Positions 22,225 to 34,400 of a stretch of 64,000 nucleotides of DNA are shown in pieces. Source of the stretch: Takakia lepidozioides. Taxonomy: Eukaryota > Plantae > Bryophyta. The notes below the pieces were generated by a model that saw only the letters and a list, made by a program, of their open reading frames with translations, made no database searches and was not told the origin of the DNA. The DNA is taken from positions 64,976,001 to 65,040,000 of the forward strand of contig CM060732.1 in assembly GCA_030704615.1 (NCBI GenBank), written 5' to 3'. The position numbers were made by a program, and so were the translations under genes. Every line of letters begins with the position of its first letter. The first letter of the stretch is position 1.

Positions 22225-25029
22225 GTGGGGGAGGTGCACATTGTGAGTGTCATCACGGAGTTACCCAGGGGTTCTGAGGGGAACACGGCTACAGGCAGTA
22301 GCAGTGAGAGTGGGTTCACCAGACGAGGTGTTTGTTTCAGACCACCTCCACCTCCACCCTCAGCTAGTGCAGAGTCAGACACAAACTCAGAGGCTTCATC
22401 AATAGGTGTGCAGTTTCATTCGCCATTGTTGTGGGACGACATGGAGGAGATGTATGGAGCTACCAAGGGGCCTCGTAGGTACTCTGGAGCTGTGGGCACA
22501 ATCGAGTTGGATTACTTTATCCAGGAGTTTGACAGCTGGTGTGATTTGCAGCAGATGCGCAATCCACAGCTATTCACCCCATTCATGGCGTGGAAGGGAC
22601 TGTTCCAGCATTTGGAAGGCCCGCCTATGGACGATTACCACGAGTTCAGGCGAGGACATGAAGCAGAGATTGAGGAGTGGAGGATGTATTGGTCACCTGA
22701 CTACGTCTCCATTACTCGAGGCACGACGCGACCAGTAGCTGCATCAGTACCAATATCTCCCACTGCCAGCACTAGTAGTGGAACAAGTAGTGCTGGTACT
22801 TTTGTAGGTGCTACTACTCCTCCTGCCACGACTACAACACATGTGCCTAGATTCAACCCGGTGGTGGAGTTCTTCCAGGAGTTGCGGAGGAACTACCAAG
22901 GTGTACGGACAGAGAAGCTACGAAGTTTGCAAGACTTCCAGCGCAAACCCAATGAGAGCCTGCGAGAGGCGTACACTCGTATGAGGCGCTTGATAAGTGT
23001 GACCCAAGGGGTTACTGAAGCTCAGGCAATCCAGTTCTGGTATGGCATTTTGGACAAGGAGCTCAGGAGAAGGGTGCGGGATGCAACCCTGTTACAAGCA
23101 GCCCAACCTACATTAGCAGATGTGTTTCTGCTGGCTGAGCGGATTGAGCTCAACATGGTGGAGGAGCGAGTTGTTACCATTGGATTTGGCAAGGACATGC
23201 CTGCACGAGGCGCAGCTGCCAGCCCATAGGCACAAAGGACTGCCCAACAACGTGGTCAGGGGGGCAAGGTTTCCCAACCCAAGTTCCATGGAGCTTACAG
23301 GGAACCTCAAGTGTAGAGGCCCATGGCATCTTTTGCAGGCCAAAAACAACCAGGGGTGATATGTTGGACATGTGGAGGACCCCATGTCAAGAGAGATTGC
23401 CTAGAGAGTGGCAGAAGGCCGGCACAAGCACAGCCTGCACAGTTGCAGTGTGGGCATTGTGGCAAGTATGGGCATGGAGATGCTCAGTGTTATGACTTGC
23501 ATCCTGAGTTGCGCCTAGGCCAGTTCCAAGGGAACAATGGTGGCCGGGGGCGAGGTGGACCAGCCCAGAGAGGACGAGGTGGTCGGGCACGAGGTGTAGG
23601 CCAAGGGCAAGCTCAACATGGCCAAGGACGCGGAGGTCAGGGTGTTGACCAAGGCATGGCCAACCGGCTTCAGCAGCTAGAGCAGAGGCTCGTTGCCATG
23701 GCTACAGTGCAGGCGGTACCGGCTCCTAGGCGGGATGGTCCACCTCCTGCTCCTGAGGGAGGAGATATGGGAGGCATGGGATTCATGTGCGGAGCAGCAC
23801 TACCACTAGAGCAGGTGGAGTCTGCTTCAACCGTGACTCGAGGAGCAGCACGAGTTCCTGAGCCACAAGGTGCAGAGGTGGAGTTGGATCCACAACGTGG
23901 GGAGGCAAGCCGTCAGGCGAGGCTGCCTCAGTCATTCACCTTGGCGGAGACAGTGTCAACGCCATCCATGGCACCTAGTTCTCGCCCGACTGTTACCGAG
24001 GCGGAGGTTTCTATGCCATTGGGGAGAGCTACACGTGCAGCACTGACACCTGCTGCCAAGGCTAGTGCAGCCGGTGTGTTGTTGGGGGCAGCCACCTCTG
24101 TGTGTCAAGCCCCACTGTTCTCGGCAACCATGATTGCGACGCCGGGGGTAAGACCAGCTGCAGTGTTCAGACTAGCAGCAACACTCTGTGAGAGTGGGGA
24201 GGTCACTTCATCTTCTGTGGAGTTACTGGAAGGTGTAGTGGTATAGGGATCCTCGGATTTGAGGGTCAAGACTGCCACGGCTGCGCCATGGCAAGCTGCA
24301 GCTGCGAGGTTGACGGAGCTGCCAGCTAGGCCAGCCTTTGAGCGCGCCATGGTGACACCTGGAGTTGTCTTGTTAGACAACCAGGATGACATTTTCTCTT
24401 TGAGAGGACCGGCAGGCAAGAAGTACCGGCCACTGCGGGTCTTGTTGGACTCGGGAGCTCAGCCACTGATGTTGGGCAGAGCTGCTATTGCAGGTTTGGG
24501 CCTCATGGAGGCGGATATGGAGCCTTGTCATTTCCAAATACAGACATCTCTGGGAGGATCAGAGCAGGCTCGGGGCATGACACGGCATCAGTTGGCCATC
24601 AGACTACAGCCGGATCATCCTATCGATGGCTCAGTAATGCGAGCCAAGGCCATTGTGACAGACACGGTCTCTTACGATGTCCTCGTTGGTGGGGCAGTGT
24701 TATACCCCATGGGCTTCACCCTGGACTTTTGGGAGGAGTCAGCATTCTACAGGCCTGGATGGCAGTCAGGGGATGGTCGTCGTGCACAGCTCCCTGTGAC
24801 ATTCATTGGGGCTATTGCGGCTGCCCAACAGGGCAAGATGCCAACACTAGCCACCTTTACAGCTGCAGTTAGTTGGCCTGGAGAGTTGCTGGAAGGCAAT
24901 GCCCATGCAGAGGATGTGCCACCTCCAGCAGAGCAGGATGACATGCATGGTATGGCGGAGTTTCCTGCCATGGTTGCTCACACTCCATTGTGGGGTACGA
25001 GCAAGGATTTGCAGCAGGTTGCTGATTGA
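22225..25029 (+). pseudogene. Gag (two zinc knuckles) plus aspartic protease, copy 2
   Basis: One frame with in-frame stops; CWTCGGPHVKRDC and CGHCGKYGHGDAQC; VLLDSGAQ. Confidence 0.9.
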
Positions 25030-25129
25030 CGGGTGCAACAAGCCTGGGTAGAGGCTTTTGTACCGTCAGGAGAGGAGGAGAGTGCGGGTATTGCACCAGG
25101 ACCACCTCAGTTGTCACCATTGGATACCA

Positions 25130-25460
25130 CACCTATGTGTGGCAGTATCCGGATGAAGGCATTTGCCTTTTGGACTTGTTTGGCGGGATCAGCACCGGAT
25201 TGGCTGCTGTGCTACAGGCAGGTGTGCGGGTAAGGCGTTACCTGTATGTGGAGAGAGATGAGACTGCACGACGCGTCTCACTACGCCATGTTGCTCAGTT
25301 GGTACAGCAGTACCCCGCTTTGTTACCAGTGTCTGCAGTTTGTGGATACCAACAAGCCTTGCCAGCAGACATTTCGTTGCTGGGGGCGCCGGATTTGGAG
25401 CAGGTTGGCTCCATTGATCTGGTAGTGGCAGGTTGGCCCTGCCAAGGGCATTCATCAGCC
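25130..25460 (+). pseudogene. N-terminal half (motifs I-IV) of the DNMT domain, copy 2
   Basis: LLDLFGGISTG…YLYVERD…IDLVVAGWPCQGHSSA, then joined to sequence downstream of motif X. Confidence 0.9.
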
Positions 25461-25725
25461 ACCTTTGATGGTCTCTCTGCCTACCGAGATGGTACAGGCA
25501 GCGAGTGGGGGCGAGCCGGTGAGGACCACGGGGTGTAGACATCCATGGCACACGTGGGAGGTGCTCGAGGTTCAGAGGGTGTTGGCAGCCAAGGCAGCTG
25601 TGATGGATGAGGTTGGGGATTCTTCTCGGGATGAGGAGGTTCTCAATGATGAGATGATCAGGCAGGATGAGGCTTTGTCATTGACTGAGCAGGAAGGGAG
25701 TACTGCTCAAGAGGTTGCAGCATAG

Positions 25726-28700
25726 CAACCACGGGATGCGCCCTCTACCTCTAAGCCCACTGGACTTAAGGTTGCAGTTACGGAGGACAATTGGGAGCCT
25801 CACATTGGACCCATTGTCACCGGAGGAGAGAGACGACGTATACGGCGGTTCCTGAGGGCTTACAGGAATTGTTTTGCCTTCAGTTTGAAGGACTTGGGAG
25901 CACTGAAGGGTCAAGAAATCCGTATTGAGTTGGCCACTGACACGCCAATCTTTCAGAGACCCTATAGATATAGCGACATGGAGAGGTCTTTGATTCAGAT
26001 GAGGACTCAAGATCTCTGGGAGGCAGGTTTGGTGGAGCTCTCTGGTGGAGAGTATGCTTCAGCCACAGTGATGCCAGCCAAGAAGGATGTCTATGGCAAT
26101 TGGACGGAGAGACGTATGTGCGGTGATTACCAGCCTGTAAATCATCAGACCAAGTCCGATAGGTATGCCATGCCGACACCAGAGGAGATCTTTGATACCA
26201 TTGTGCATTCCAAGGTCTTTAGCACGTTGGATTTACGATCCGGATATCACCAGTTGCCGATCAAGGAGGCGGATAAGCAAAAGACGGCATTCTGGGGGAT
26301 CAATGAGCACGGGAAGGATTGCCTATACCAGTGGCGGTTCTTACCATTTGGGCTTAAAAACGCTCCGGCTGAGTTTCAAAGAGTCATGGACAGGATTCTA
26401 GTAGGGGTGGAGTTTGCTCGGTGCTACATAGATGACATCATCATCTTTAGTGCTACGGTGGAGGAGCATGAGAGACACCTTCAGGGGGTATTTGAGCGCT
26501 TGAGGGCGCACGGATTGAAGTTACATCCGGGAAAGTGCAAGTTTTTCCACAACCAGATTGAGTATCTGGGCCACATGATATATCCTGGAGGATTGGGGGT
26601 ACAGCAGACTAAGGTAGAGTCCATTGCACAGGTTCCACGCCCCACGGATGTGAGCCGAGTTCGAGCTTTCATGGGGTTAGCAAACTATTACAGACGGTTT
26701 GTTAAGGGATTTAGTGCCATTGCAAAGGCTCTAACCAAGCTGACCAAGGTGGACCAGGAGTGGTAGTGGGAAGATGAGCAAGAACAAGCTTTTCAAGAGC
26801 TCAAGGCAAGGTTGACCTCGGCGCCCATCTTGAGACGACCTATCAGGGGGCGTCCTTTTCAGCTGCATGCAGATTGGAGCATGCTGGGGCTTGGAGCGAT
26901 GCTCACACAGGTGGATGATGAGGGAAGAGAGATCGTAGTGGCTTATGCTAGCCGCTCGAACAACGCTGCAGAGTCTAAGTATAGCTCATATGAGGGAGAA
27001 TGCTTAGCTACAGTGTGGGCCGTGGCACACTTCAGGTGCTATCTATACGACAATCTCTTCACCCTTGTCACGGATCACCAACCACTCGAATGGTTGATGG
27101 AGTCAGACAAGCTTACGGGGAAGCTTGCACGGTGGGCACTCATCCTTCAAGAGTATGACTTTCAGGTGGTGCATCGACCGGGTTTGGTCAATCGCAATGC
27201 AGATGGGTTGAGTCGCAATCCATGCACGAGCCAACAGGATGACACTGGAGCTCGATGGCATGGTGAGACGGACGAGGAGATGGTGCCCGGATGGCATGCA
27301 TCTGCATTTCTGTGTATCTTGGCAGCGGAAGGCCAGGTTGGACCTGCAACAGGGATGACTGTAGATCAAGTGTCTGAGGACCCTGAGGCCAGCAATGAGC
27401 AAGGTGGCGCCAAAGATATACATGAGGATTCAGTTGTGTTGGACTACCTCCGCACTGGAGACACGGCAGCCACTGTGACTGCCAAGGAGAGGGATCGGAT
27501 CCTACAACGAGCCAAGAGGTTCAAGTGGGAGGGGACACACCTGCTCCGAGTGTGGGAGGATGGTCGAGTGAGGATTGTGCCTCACCCAACACAGCGGGCA
27601 CGGTTAGTGCGCCATGCCCATGAGGAGTTGGGGCATTTTGGGGTGCGACGCACTCATAGTCTACTGCAGGGGCAGTATTGGTGGCGTGGTATGCACACAG
27701 AGGTGCAACAATTTGTGGCTAGGTGCATGGTGTGTGACAGGGTGCGTGCTTCATTCAACGCCCCTACTCCACAATTGCACCCTCTTCCGATCATGGGATT
27801 GGGCTATAGGTGAAGTCTTGACTTCGCAGGGCCGTTGCCACTGACCATGCGCCACAACAAGTACGTGTTGGTGATGGTGGAGCACTTCTCCAAGTGGATT
27901 GAATTGGTTCCATTGCCTGATAAGGCTAGTGAGGGAGCTGCGTATGCATTCTTGGATTGTGTGCTTAGCCGATTCGGTGCTCCAGCTGAGGTACTCACGG
28001 ACCAAGGGAGAGAGTTCTTGGGGGAGTTTCAGGCTTTGTGTGACAAGGCCTGGATAGACCACCGCACCACTTCTCGGGATCATCCCGAGGCCGATGGCTT
28101 GGCAGAGAGAGTTGTTCAGATAGTAAAGACGGGTTTGCGTAAGTATGGCTTGCAGAAGGGACACCTAGGAGATTGGGACCTTCAGTTACCCTGATTAGCC
28201 ATGGGCTACAGGTTCAGCAAGCAAGCATCACTTGCCTTCTTCTCACCATACTTTCTTCTCTTTGGCCCAGAGCCGGATTTGCCTACATCCATTTGCAGAG
28301 AAGTTGCTACAGTTCTTAACCTTGACGATCCGGACGTGTGGGCACGTGCATGTGAGCAGCGTGCAGAGTTGTTCAAGAAAGTCATGCCCATGGCTTTCGA
28401 GAACCTTGCCATTGCACAACACCGTGATACGTTGAGGTATGCGATCATACGTGGTGGGGGCTATCGTCCTGGGGTTCGGAGATTCAACCCTGGTGACTAT
28501 GTCTATCTACAGCAGACTGCTCCCTACAACTTTGGATGTGACTGCAGGACGTGTTATTTTGAGGGTTCGAGAGGTCTTGCCCTCAGGCGTCTTGGTCTTG
28601 GAGGGTCAGGATGGCACAACTTGGAAGGATCATGTGCGTAATTGTGCGCCATGTCACCTTCCGAATGTCGATGGCAGGATTGACCCAAACCTGGCAGTGG

Positions 28701-28861
28701 TATCTGCAGGTTTGAGGTGCATGTTGTGTGGGTCTGCTAGAGGGGCAGCCACCATGCTGGTGTGTGATCGATGCTCTAGAGGTTGGCATATGGGATGCTT
28801 GACTCCACCTCTTGAGATGGTTCCGGATGGGGATTGGTTATGTCCACATTGCATTGGATAG
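25726..28861 (+). pseudogene. RT-RNase H-integrase-PHD, copy 2
   Basis: Same motifs as copy 1; premature stops at 26764, 27811 and 28192 and a frameshift near 28525. Confidence 0.93.
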
Positions 28862-29107
28862 TGGGAGTGGATACAACCATGGAAGGCTAAGAAATGCAAG
28901 GCCAAGCTACTAGGAGACCTTGAACACACGAGATCTTGGCTCAAGTTCACAGATTGCAAGACGGCGACTAACGATGGGGCTACTCTTGTACCTGGCCTCT
29001 TGGTTGATAGAGTTTGAGCACGATAGAGATAGTGATAGAGGACTTAGTACGGCTGTGGCTATTACATCTTGTAGCTATCTGGAGTTAGAGGGACCTATCC
29101 ACCAGCT

Positions 29108-29116
29108 AGGGGGGCG
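29108..29116 (+). other. Polypurine tract of copy 2
   Basis: AGGGGGGCG-AT-TGTGG. Confidence 0.75.
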
Positions 29117-29118
29117 AT

Positions 29119-29645
29119 TGTGGCAGACTACTTTATTGTGCATATATGTGTGGTGTGGTTTGGACAGCGATGTAGTTGTGTAGCGATACGTATGCGCACG
29201 ACAGCTGTCAAGTTAAATAAGCACAGTGTGAAACTAGCTAGAATAAAGCTAGTTATTTGTATTTAACACTTGGATTTTGGTCAAGTGTTAAATCAGGTGT
29301 CAAGTTTAGTTTGACACCTGACCCGTCTTATCTTCACGAGAGCGGGAGTTGCGCAGCTCATCTCTCTCGAGTCGAGCCTGCGCGACCGAGCTCCTGCATC
29401 GTTTAGGACTGAGTGTGCTCATGATGGGAGTGTAGGTTGTTGTGGGGTGGAGTCCCCACAGCTTGGGGTGCCCCTGGCTCGACTTCTGTTTTAAAGAGTG
29501 ATAGCGATGGATTTCATATTTCTTGTGTTGGGAGTGTGTGTCCTTCTAGCTTGTTTATCTTGTGGCAGACTACTTTATTGTGCATATATGTGTGGTGTGG
29601 TTTGGACAGCGATGTAGTTGTGTAGCGATACGTATGCGCACGACA
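29119..29645 (+). repeat. B1 (29119-29203) - GC - A2 (29206-29559) - T - B2 (29561-29645)
   Basis: Direct sequence comparison; B1 and B2 appear identical. Confidence 0.95.
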
Positions 29646-30547
29646 ACCAGCTCCTCACGGTGATTTGCTTCAATTTCGGTGTTAGGCATTCCACTACAGC
29701 CCCATATCATCCCCAGACCAATGGCCTCACGGAACGCTTCAACCAAACTCTTTGCCGAATGTTGGAGAATAATGACGCACTTACCAGGGATGGGATACTT
29801 TTTTTCCCCCTATTCTCTTTGCTTATCGTACTGCCGTGCATGCTAGCACCAAGAAGACTTCTTTTGAGTTGTTATATGGTCGCAAGTGTGTTTTTCCTTT
29901 GCATTCTACCCCTCTTATCTCTACTGTTGCTGATCCGGTTGATCTTGAGACCTTTGTTGAGGATCTTCATGCTCGTCATGCGGTGGCTATCCATGATGCC
30001 AAGACGAACATTGGTAAGGTTCAACTAACCCTGGCCCGTAATTTTAACAAGCGTGTCAAGTATTCTAACCTGTTTCAGGTGGGACAAACCGTGTGCGTTC
30101 GATTACAACATGATAAGCATACATGCAATTCTAAGCTCAAGATCGACGGTCCATACTTGATTTATCAGATATTACGTGGGCGACGTGCTCTCCTTCTTTC
30201 ACAAGGCTCTAATACTGAAGTGCGGGATGAATCTGTTTCCTTGACAGACTTGGTGCATTCCGAGCTAGTTTTAGATCTTACATGTATCAATGTGCAGGGG
30301 AGCACGGTGGGGTGATGTCTTGATCTTCTTCGCCGATCTACTTCAGCTTAATCCTCTTATCTTTTCAGCGGCTTAGTCTTAGTTTGCGGATGACGACTCT
30401 TGGGGTCCTAGGACTTGACCTCTCTAGAATTGCAGGTGCCAGGTTTTCCCTTGAGGTTTTTCACCCAGCAGTGGAGGGTGATATTTCCCTATTATTTATT
30501 TTCCTTCGCGGAGCTCAGGATTTTTCGTGGGGGGTAGGCTTCACAGA

Positions 30548-31056
30548 TGTAAAGCCCTATATTTGCTTAGCCTAGAAATGACCCGTTTCATCCAAACGGC
30601 GATACACATCCATAGTATAAAATTTTGGCGTATAAAGCGTTAAACCGTTACAATGATATCTAGGTTAGGGTTAGTTTAGGGCTGGTGGCGACATCGTGGC
30701 CCTTCATTGATCTAGGGCTACAAGGCGGCGCCGTGGGCTTTGGCTTGTGACGCCTCGCCACGCGGCGGGCCACTAAAGCTAGGGCTTTTGTATAAAGACC
30801 GAGCGGATCTGACACAAGGTCAGGGCGGTGTACTCGGGTGTTAGTGTATATGTGATTTTTGGTGTACAAGCTTTGGATGAGAGCTGCCTTGTATCAGATC
30901 CGTGTGTTTGATCCTCCTCTCGGGCGTTGCTTGCTCTTTCCACTCACCCCTTTGTTGTGAAACCTTGCTTCATGAGAGGAAAGGAGTATATGCTTCAGGC
31001 TTGTTTTAAGGCTTCAAAGCTCGACAGGGCTTGCTCATAAACTGGTAAAAATTACA
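30548..31056 (+). repeat. Probable 3' LTR of the older gypsy element
   Basis: TGTAA…TTACA termini, G-rich tract at ~30527-30538, TATAAA at ~30791; partner LTR not in the window. Confidence 0.6.
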
Positions 31057-31462
31057 ACATAATTGGCAGAGTTAAATGACCTGCTCCTGTTTTGTGCCGT
31101 CCCATACTAACTGGCCTTGCAACTGCCATGCACAATTTCCGGATCTCATCTATACCTTATACCTTATTTTCTATGATTGATGGGAACGCCCTCTCAAGAT
31201 GGACCTTTGTACCCCATTTTGCGACTCTTATACAATTCTTCTGCTGTAGGGTTTCCTGTGGTTTCACTGCAGTTATTGATGATCATACATCATTGTGATC
31301 ACCATGCCCAGCTCAGAGTGGGAGCAGAACTGACTGTCGCATTCAATGACAAACATGCTTCTTTCAACTTCAATCTTAGCAAAAAAGTAATGCCAATTTG
31401 ACCTTTGGCCCTAGACTGAAGGGAATCACTCTTAGTGCAAGTTGCTCAGTTCACCTCGCAGT

Positions 31463-34400
31463 TCACCAGTAATCCCCACAAGAGCAAACCCCATCTTCGA
31501 AGTGGTGGAAAAAGCTGGCATCACGTACAACAATTGCTCGCTCAGCAATCTTCGAGATGAACTTGGTAGCAGTGTGGCAGTCACCACACACTCGTAGATT
31601 CTTGACAACGTGTATAGGTGTCCTAGGGGGTGTCCTCATTATCCCAAAAGCAATGGCCAGCTTCTCACTGTGGTGGCAAAGAGAAACTTCCTTTTGCTCC
31701 TCCTCCACATCATGCAATACAAAGCTTGTGTCAGGCACATACCCAACCTCCTTCATCTGTCCAGACAATCTTTCTAGCTCAGCATGGATTTCTTTGATTT
31801 GTGGATGCAACTTGTCTCCTACAACAAATGTGTGCACCTTGTTGTCAAACTCTATGCAGCTACAGCCTGACTCCTTTTTGACACCTCTGTCCTCCATCAT
31901 TTTTCTCACCTTTGCTTTATCGTCCCACCTGCCAGCTGCGGCGTAGATGTTTGAAAGCAGCACGTAAGCTCCAGCATCCCCTGGGTTGCACTTGAGGAGG
32001 CATTTGGCTGCACGTTCTGCTTGCTCCACATCACCATGAATTCTGCATGCACCAAGCAAGGCTCCCCATACAGAAGCACCTGGTTTGATTGGCATTTTGT
32101 TGATGAAGTCCTCTGCCTTGCTCAATTGCCCTGCACGGCCAAGAAGATCCACCATGCAGCCAAAATGCTCGCTTGTAGGGATGAGGTCTTGATCTCGGCT
32201 CATAGAATTGAAGTAGTGATGGCCTTCATCCACCAGGCCCACACGGTTACATGCAGATAGAACACATATAAAGGTGATACCGTCCGGATTGAGGCCTTCC
32301 TGTTGCATTTGTTCAAAAAGCTGGACAGCCTCCCTACCAAATCCATGTTGAGCATATCCTCCAATCATCGTGTTCCATGACACCACATCTTTTTCAGCCA
32401 TGTCATCGAACATATGCCGTGCATCCTTTATGCTTCCACATTTGGCATACATGTCAACAAGGGTATTCTGCAAATTTATATATGGTGCAATTCCAGATTT
32501 GATAATGGCAGTATGAACTTCTTTGCCCTTTTCAAGGGCTGCAAGGCTGGCACATGCATTGAGAACTCCGATGAATGTGATCTCGTCGGGCATCAGCCCT
32601 TGCCTCAACATTTTCCCATATAGTTCTAATGCCTCCCTACCACACCCATGTTGAGCATACCCTGCTATTATAGCACTCCATGAGACTACATCTCGTTCCA
32701 CCATATAGTCAAACACTCGACATGCATCCTTCATGCTCCCACACTTGGCATACATGTCCACAAGGGTATTCTCCAGAATTACATATGGTACAATTCCTGC
32801 TTTCAGGATGTCTGTGTGTACCTCTTTGCCCTTCTCCAGAGCACCTGTGCTGGCACATGCGTTGAGAACACTAATAAATGTGACCTGGTCGGGTTTCACT
32901 CCTTTCTGTACCATATGCTCATACATCTCCAAAGCCTCCTTACCACTTCCATGTTGAACATATCCTGCAATTATCGCACTCCATGAGACCGCGTCTTGTT
33001 TGGAGATGTTGGCAAACACTTGACGTGCATCCTCCATGCTCCCACATTTTGCATACATGTCCACCAGGGCAGTCTCCAAGTTCAAATATGACACAACTCC
33101 AGATTTCATAATGTCAGCATGGACCTCTCTGCCCTTCTCAAGGGCTGCCAGGCTGGTACATGCACTGAGAACACATATGAATGTGACCTGGTTGGGTTTC
33201 ACTCCTTCCTGTGTCATTTGCTCATACATATTCAAAGCCTCCCTACCACATCCATGCTGAGCATATCCGGCAATCATTGCACTCCATGAGACCACATCTC
33301 GCAGAGCCATATTGTCAAACACTTGATGCGCATCCATCATACTCCCGCATTTGGCATACATGTCAACAAGGGTATTCTCCAAATTTATATATGATGCAAT
33401 TCCAATTTTAATTATGTCAGCATGGATCATTTTGCCCTTTTCCAGGGCTGCCAGGCTGGCACACGCATGGAGTACACAAATGAACGTGACCTTGTTGGGC
33501 GTCACCCCTTCCTGTGTCATTTGCTCATAGATATCCAAAGACTCCCTCGCACACCCACACTGAGCATATCCTGCAATCATTGCATTCCATGTGACCACAT
33601 CTCGTTGAGCCATATTGTCGAACACTTGACATGCATCCTTCATGCTACCGCATTTGGCATACATGTCGACAATGGCAGTGTCCAGAATGACATCTTGCAT
33701 AATTCCAGCTTTCATGACATCAGCGTGGACCTCTTTGCCCTTTTCCAGGACTGCCAGACTGGCACACACATTCAGCACGCAAATGAATGTGACCCGGTTG
33801 GGCATAACCCCTTCCCGTCGCATTTTTTCATATATCTTCAAGGCCTCCATAGTGTACCCTTGCTTGCCATACCCTGCTATCATTATATTCCACGTAAACA
33901 TATCTCGTTCAGGCATTTTGTCAAACACTTGCCATGCATCAACCACACTCCCACACTTGGCATACATATTTACAACTGTGTTGAGGAGAAAGATGTTTGG
34001 CTTGAATCCACTTTGGATGATGTGGGCATGCACCTGCTTTCCCTCTGCTAGACCTTTCATTTTGATGCACTCCTGCAAGGCACAGACATAAGTATTGGAG
34101 TCTGCCTGACTGCCTTGTTGGTTCAAGATGTGAAGTGCCTCTTTCAGGCGTCCTGCTTTACATAGAGTCCTTACATGCCCACAAGTGCCAGAGGACTTCT
34201 TGTTGACCCCTGGTGTTGACCTTTGCAGGTGATACTCAAACTCACCCACCAGTGTTTGACAAGACTCTGTCCTTCGACCATAATCCCGAAACCCGATGGA
34301 TTCTGCTGGACCTTGTGTTGTGGCAGCTAGTTCTGCTTTAACCCAAGGCAGGTTACACCAAGACTCAGTCCAGAAGGCCTCCTTTGGGCACTTATGTCTG

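Larger units (their letters stand above)
18466..29645 (+). mobile_element. Ty3/gypsy-type retrotransposon copy 2 with split/permuted LTR (A...B-A-B), internally deleted DNMT and PHD finger
   Basis: TGTCA...CGACA termini; 4-bp TSD ACCA (18462-18465 and 29646-29649); removing it restores the host integrase frame EFCNQLL. Confidence 0.95.
15339..31056 (+). mobile_element. Older degenerate Ty3/gypsy element (dUTPase-like, RT, RH, IN, 3' LTR), interrupted by copy 2; its 5' part is not seen in this window
   Basis: SSWASPIVL, RFCVDFRKLN, MPFGLCNA, YVDDI, LQTDAS, TDHLSL, GIDLVGP. The integrase ILTDQGKEFCN|QLL is split precisely by copy 2, then TNGLTERFNQTL. Confidence 0.9.

Noticed and set aside
29206-29559. 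Repeat A as a solo element inserted into B with an 85-bp duplication
   Set aside because: The same layout occurs in both copies, A is also the 5' terminus, and the TSDs flank A1 and B2.
612-29645. One giant inverted repeat or segmental inversion
   Set aside because: The arms are two independent insertions with different TSDs, targets, cargo and deletions.
30661-30682. Telomere-like TTAGGG/TTTAGGG
   Set aside because: Only 2-3 degenerate units inside an LTR.
33422-34091. Plus-strand ORFs overlapping the PPR gene (and similar antisense ORFs over pol genes)
   Set aside because: Antisense shadows of genuine coding sequence, with no motifs.
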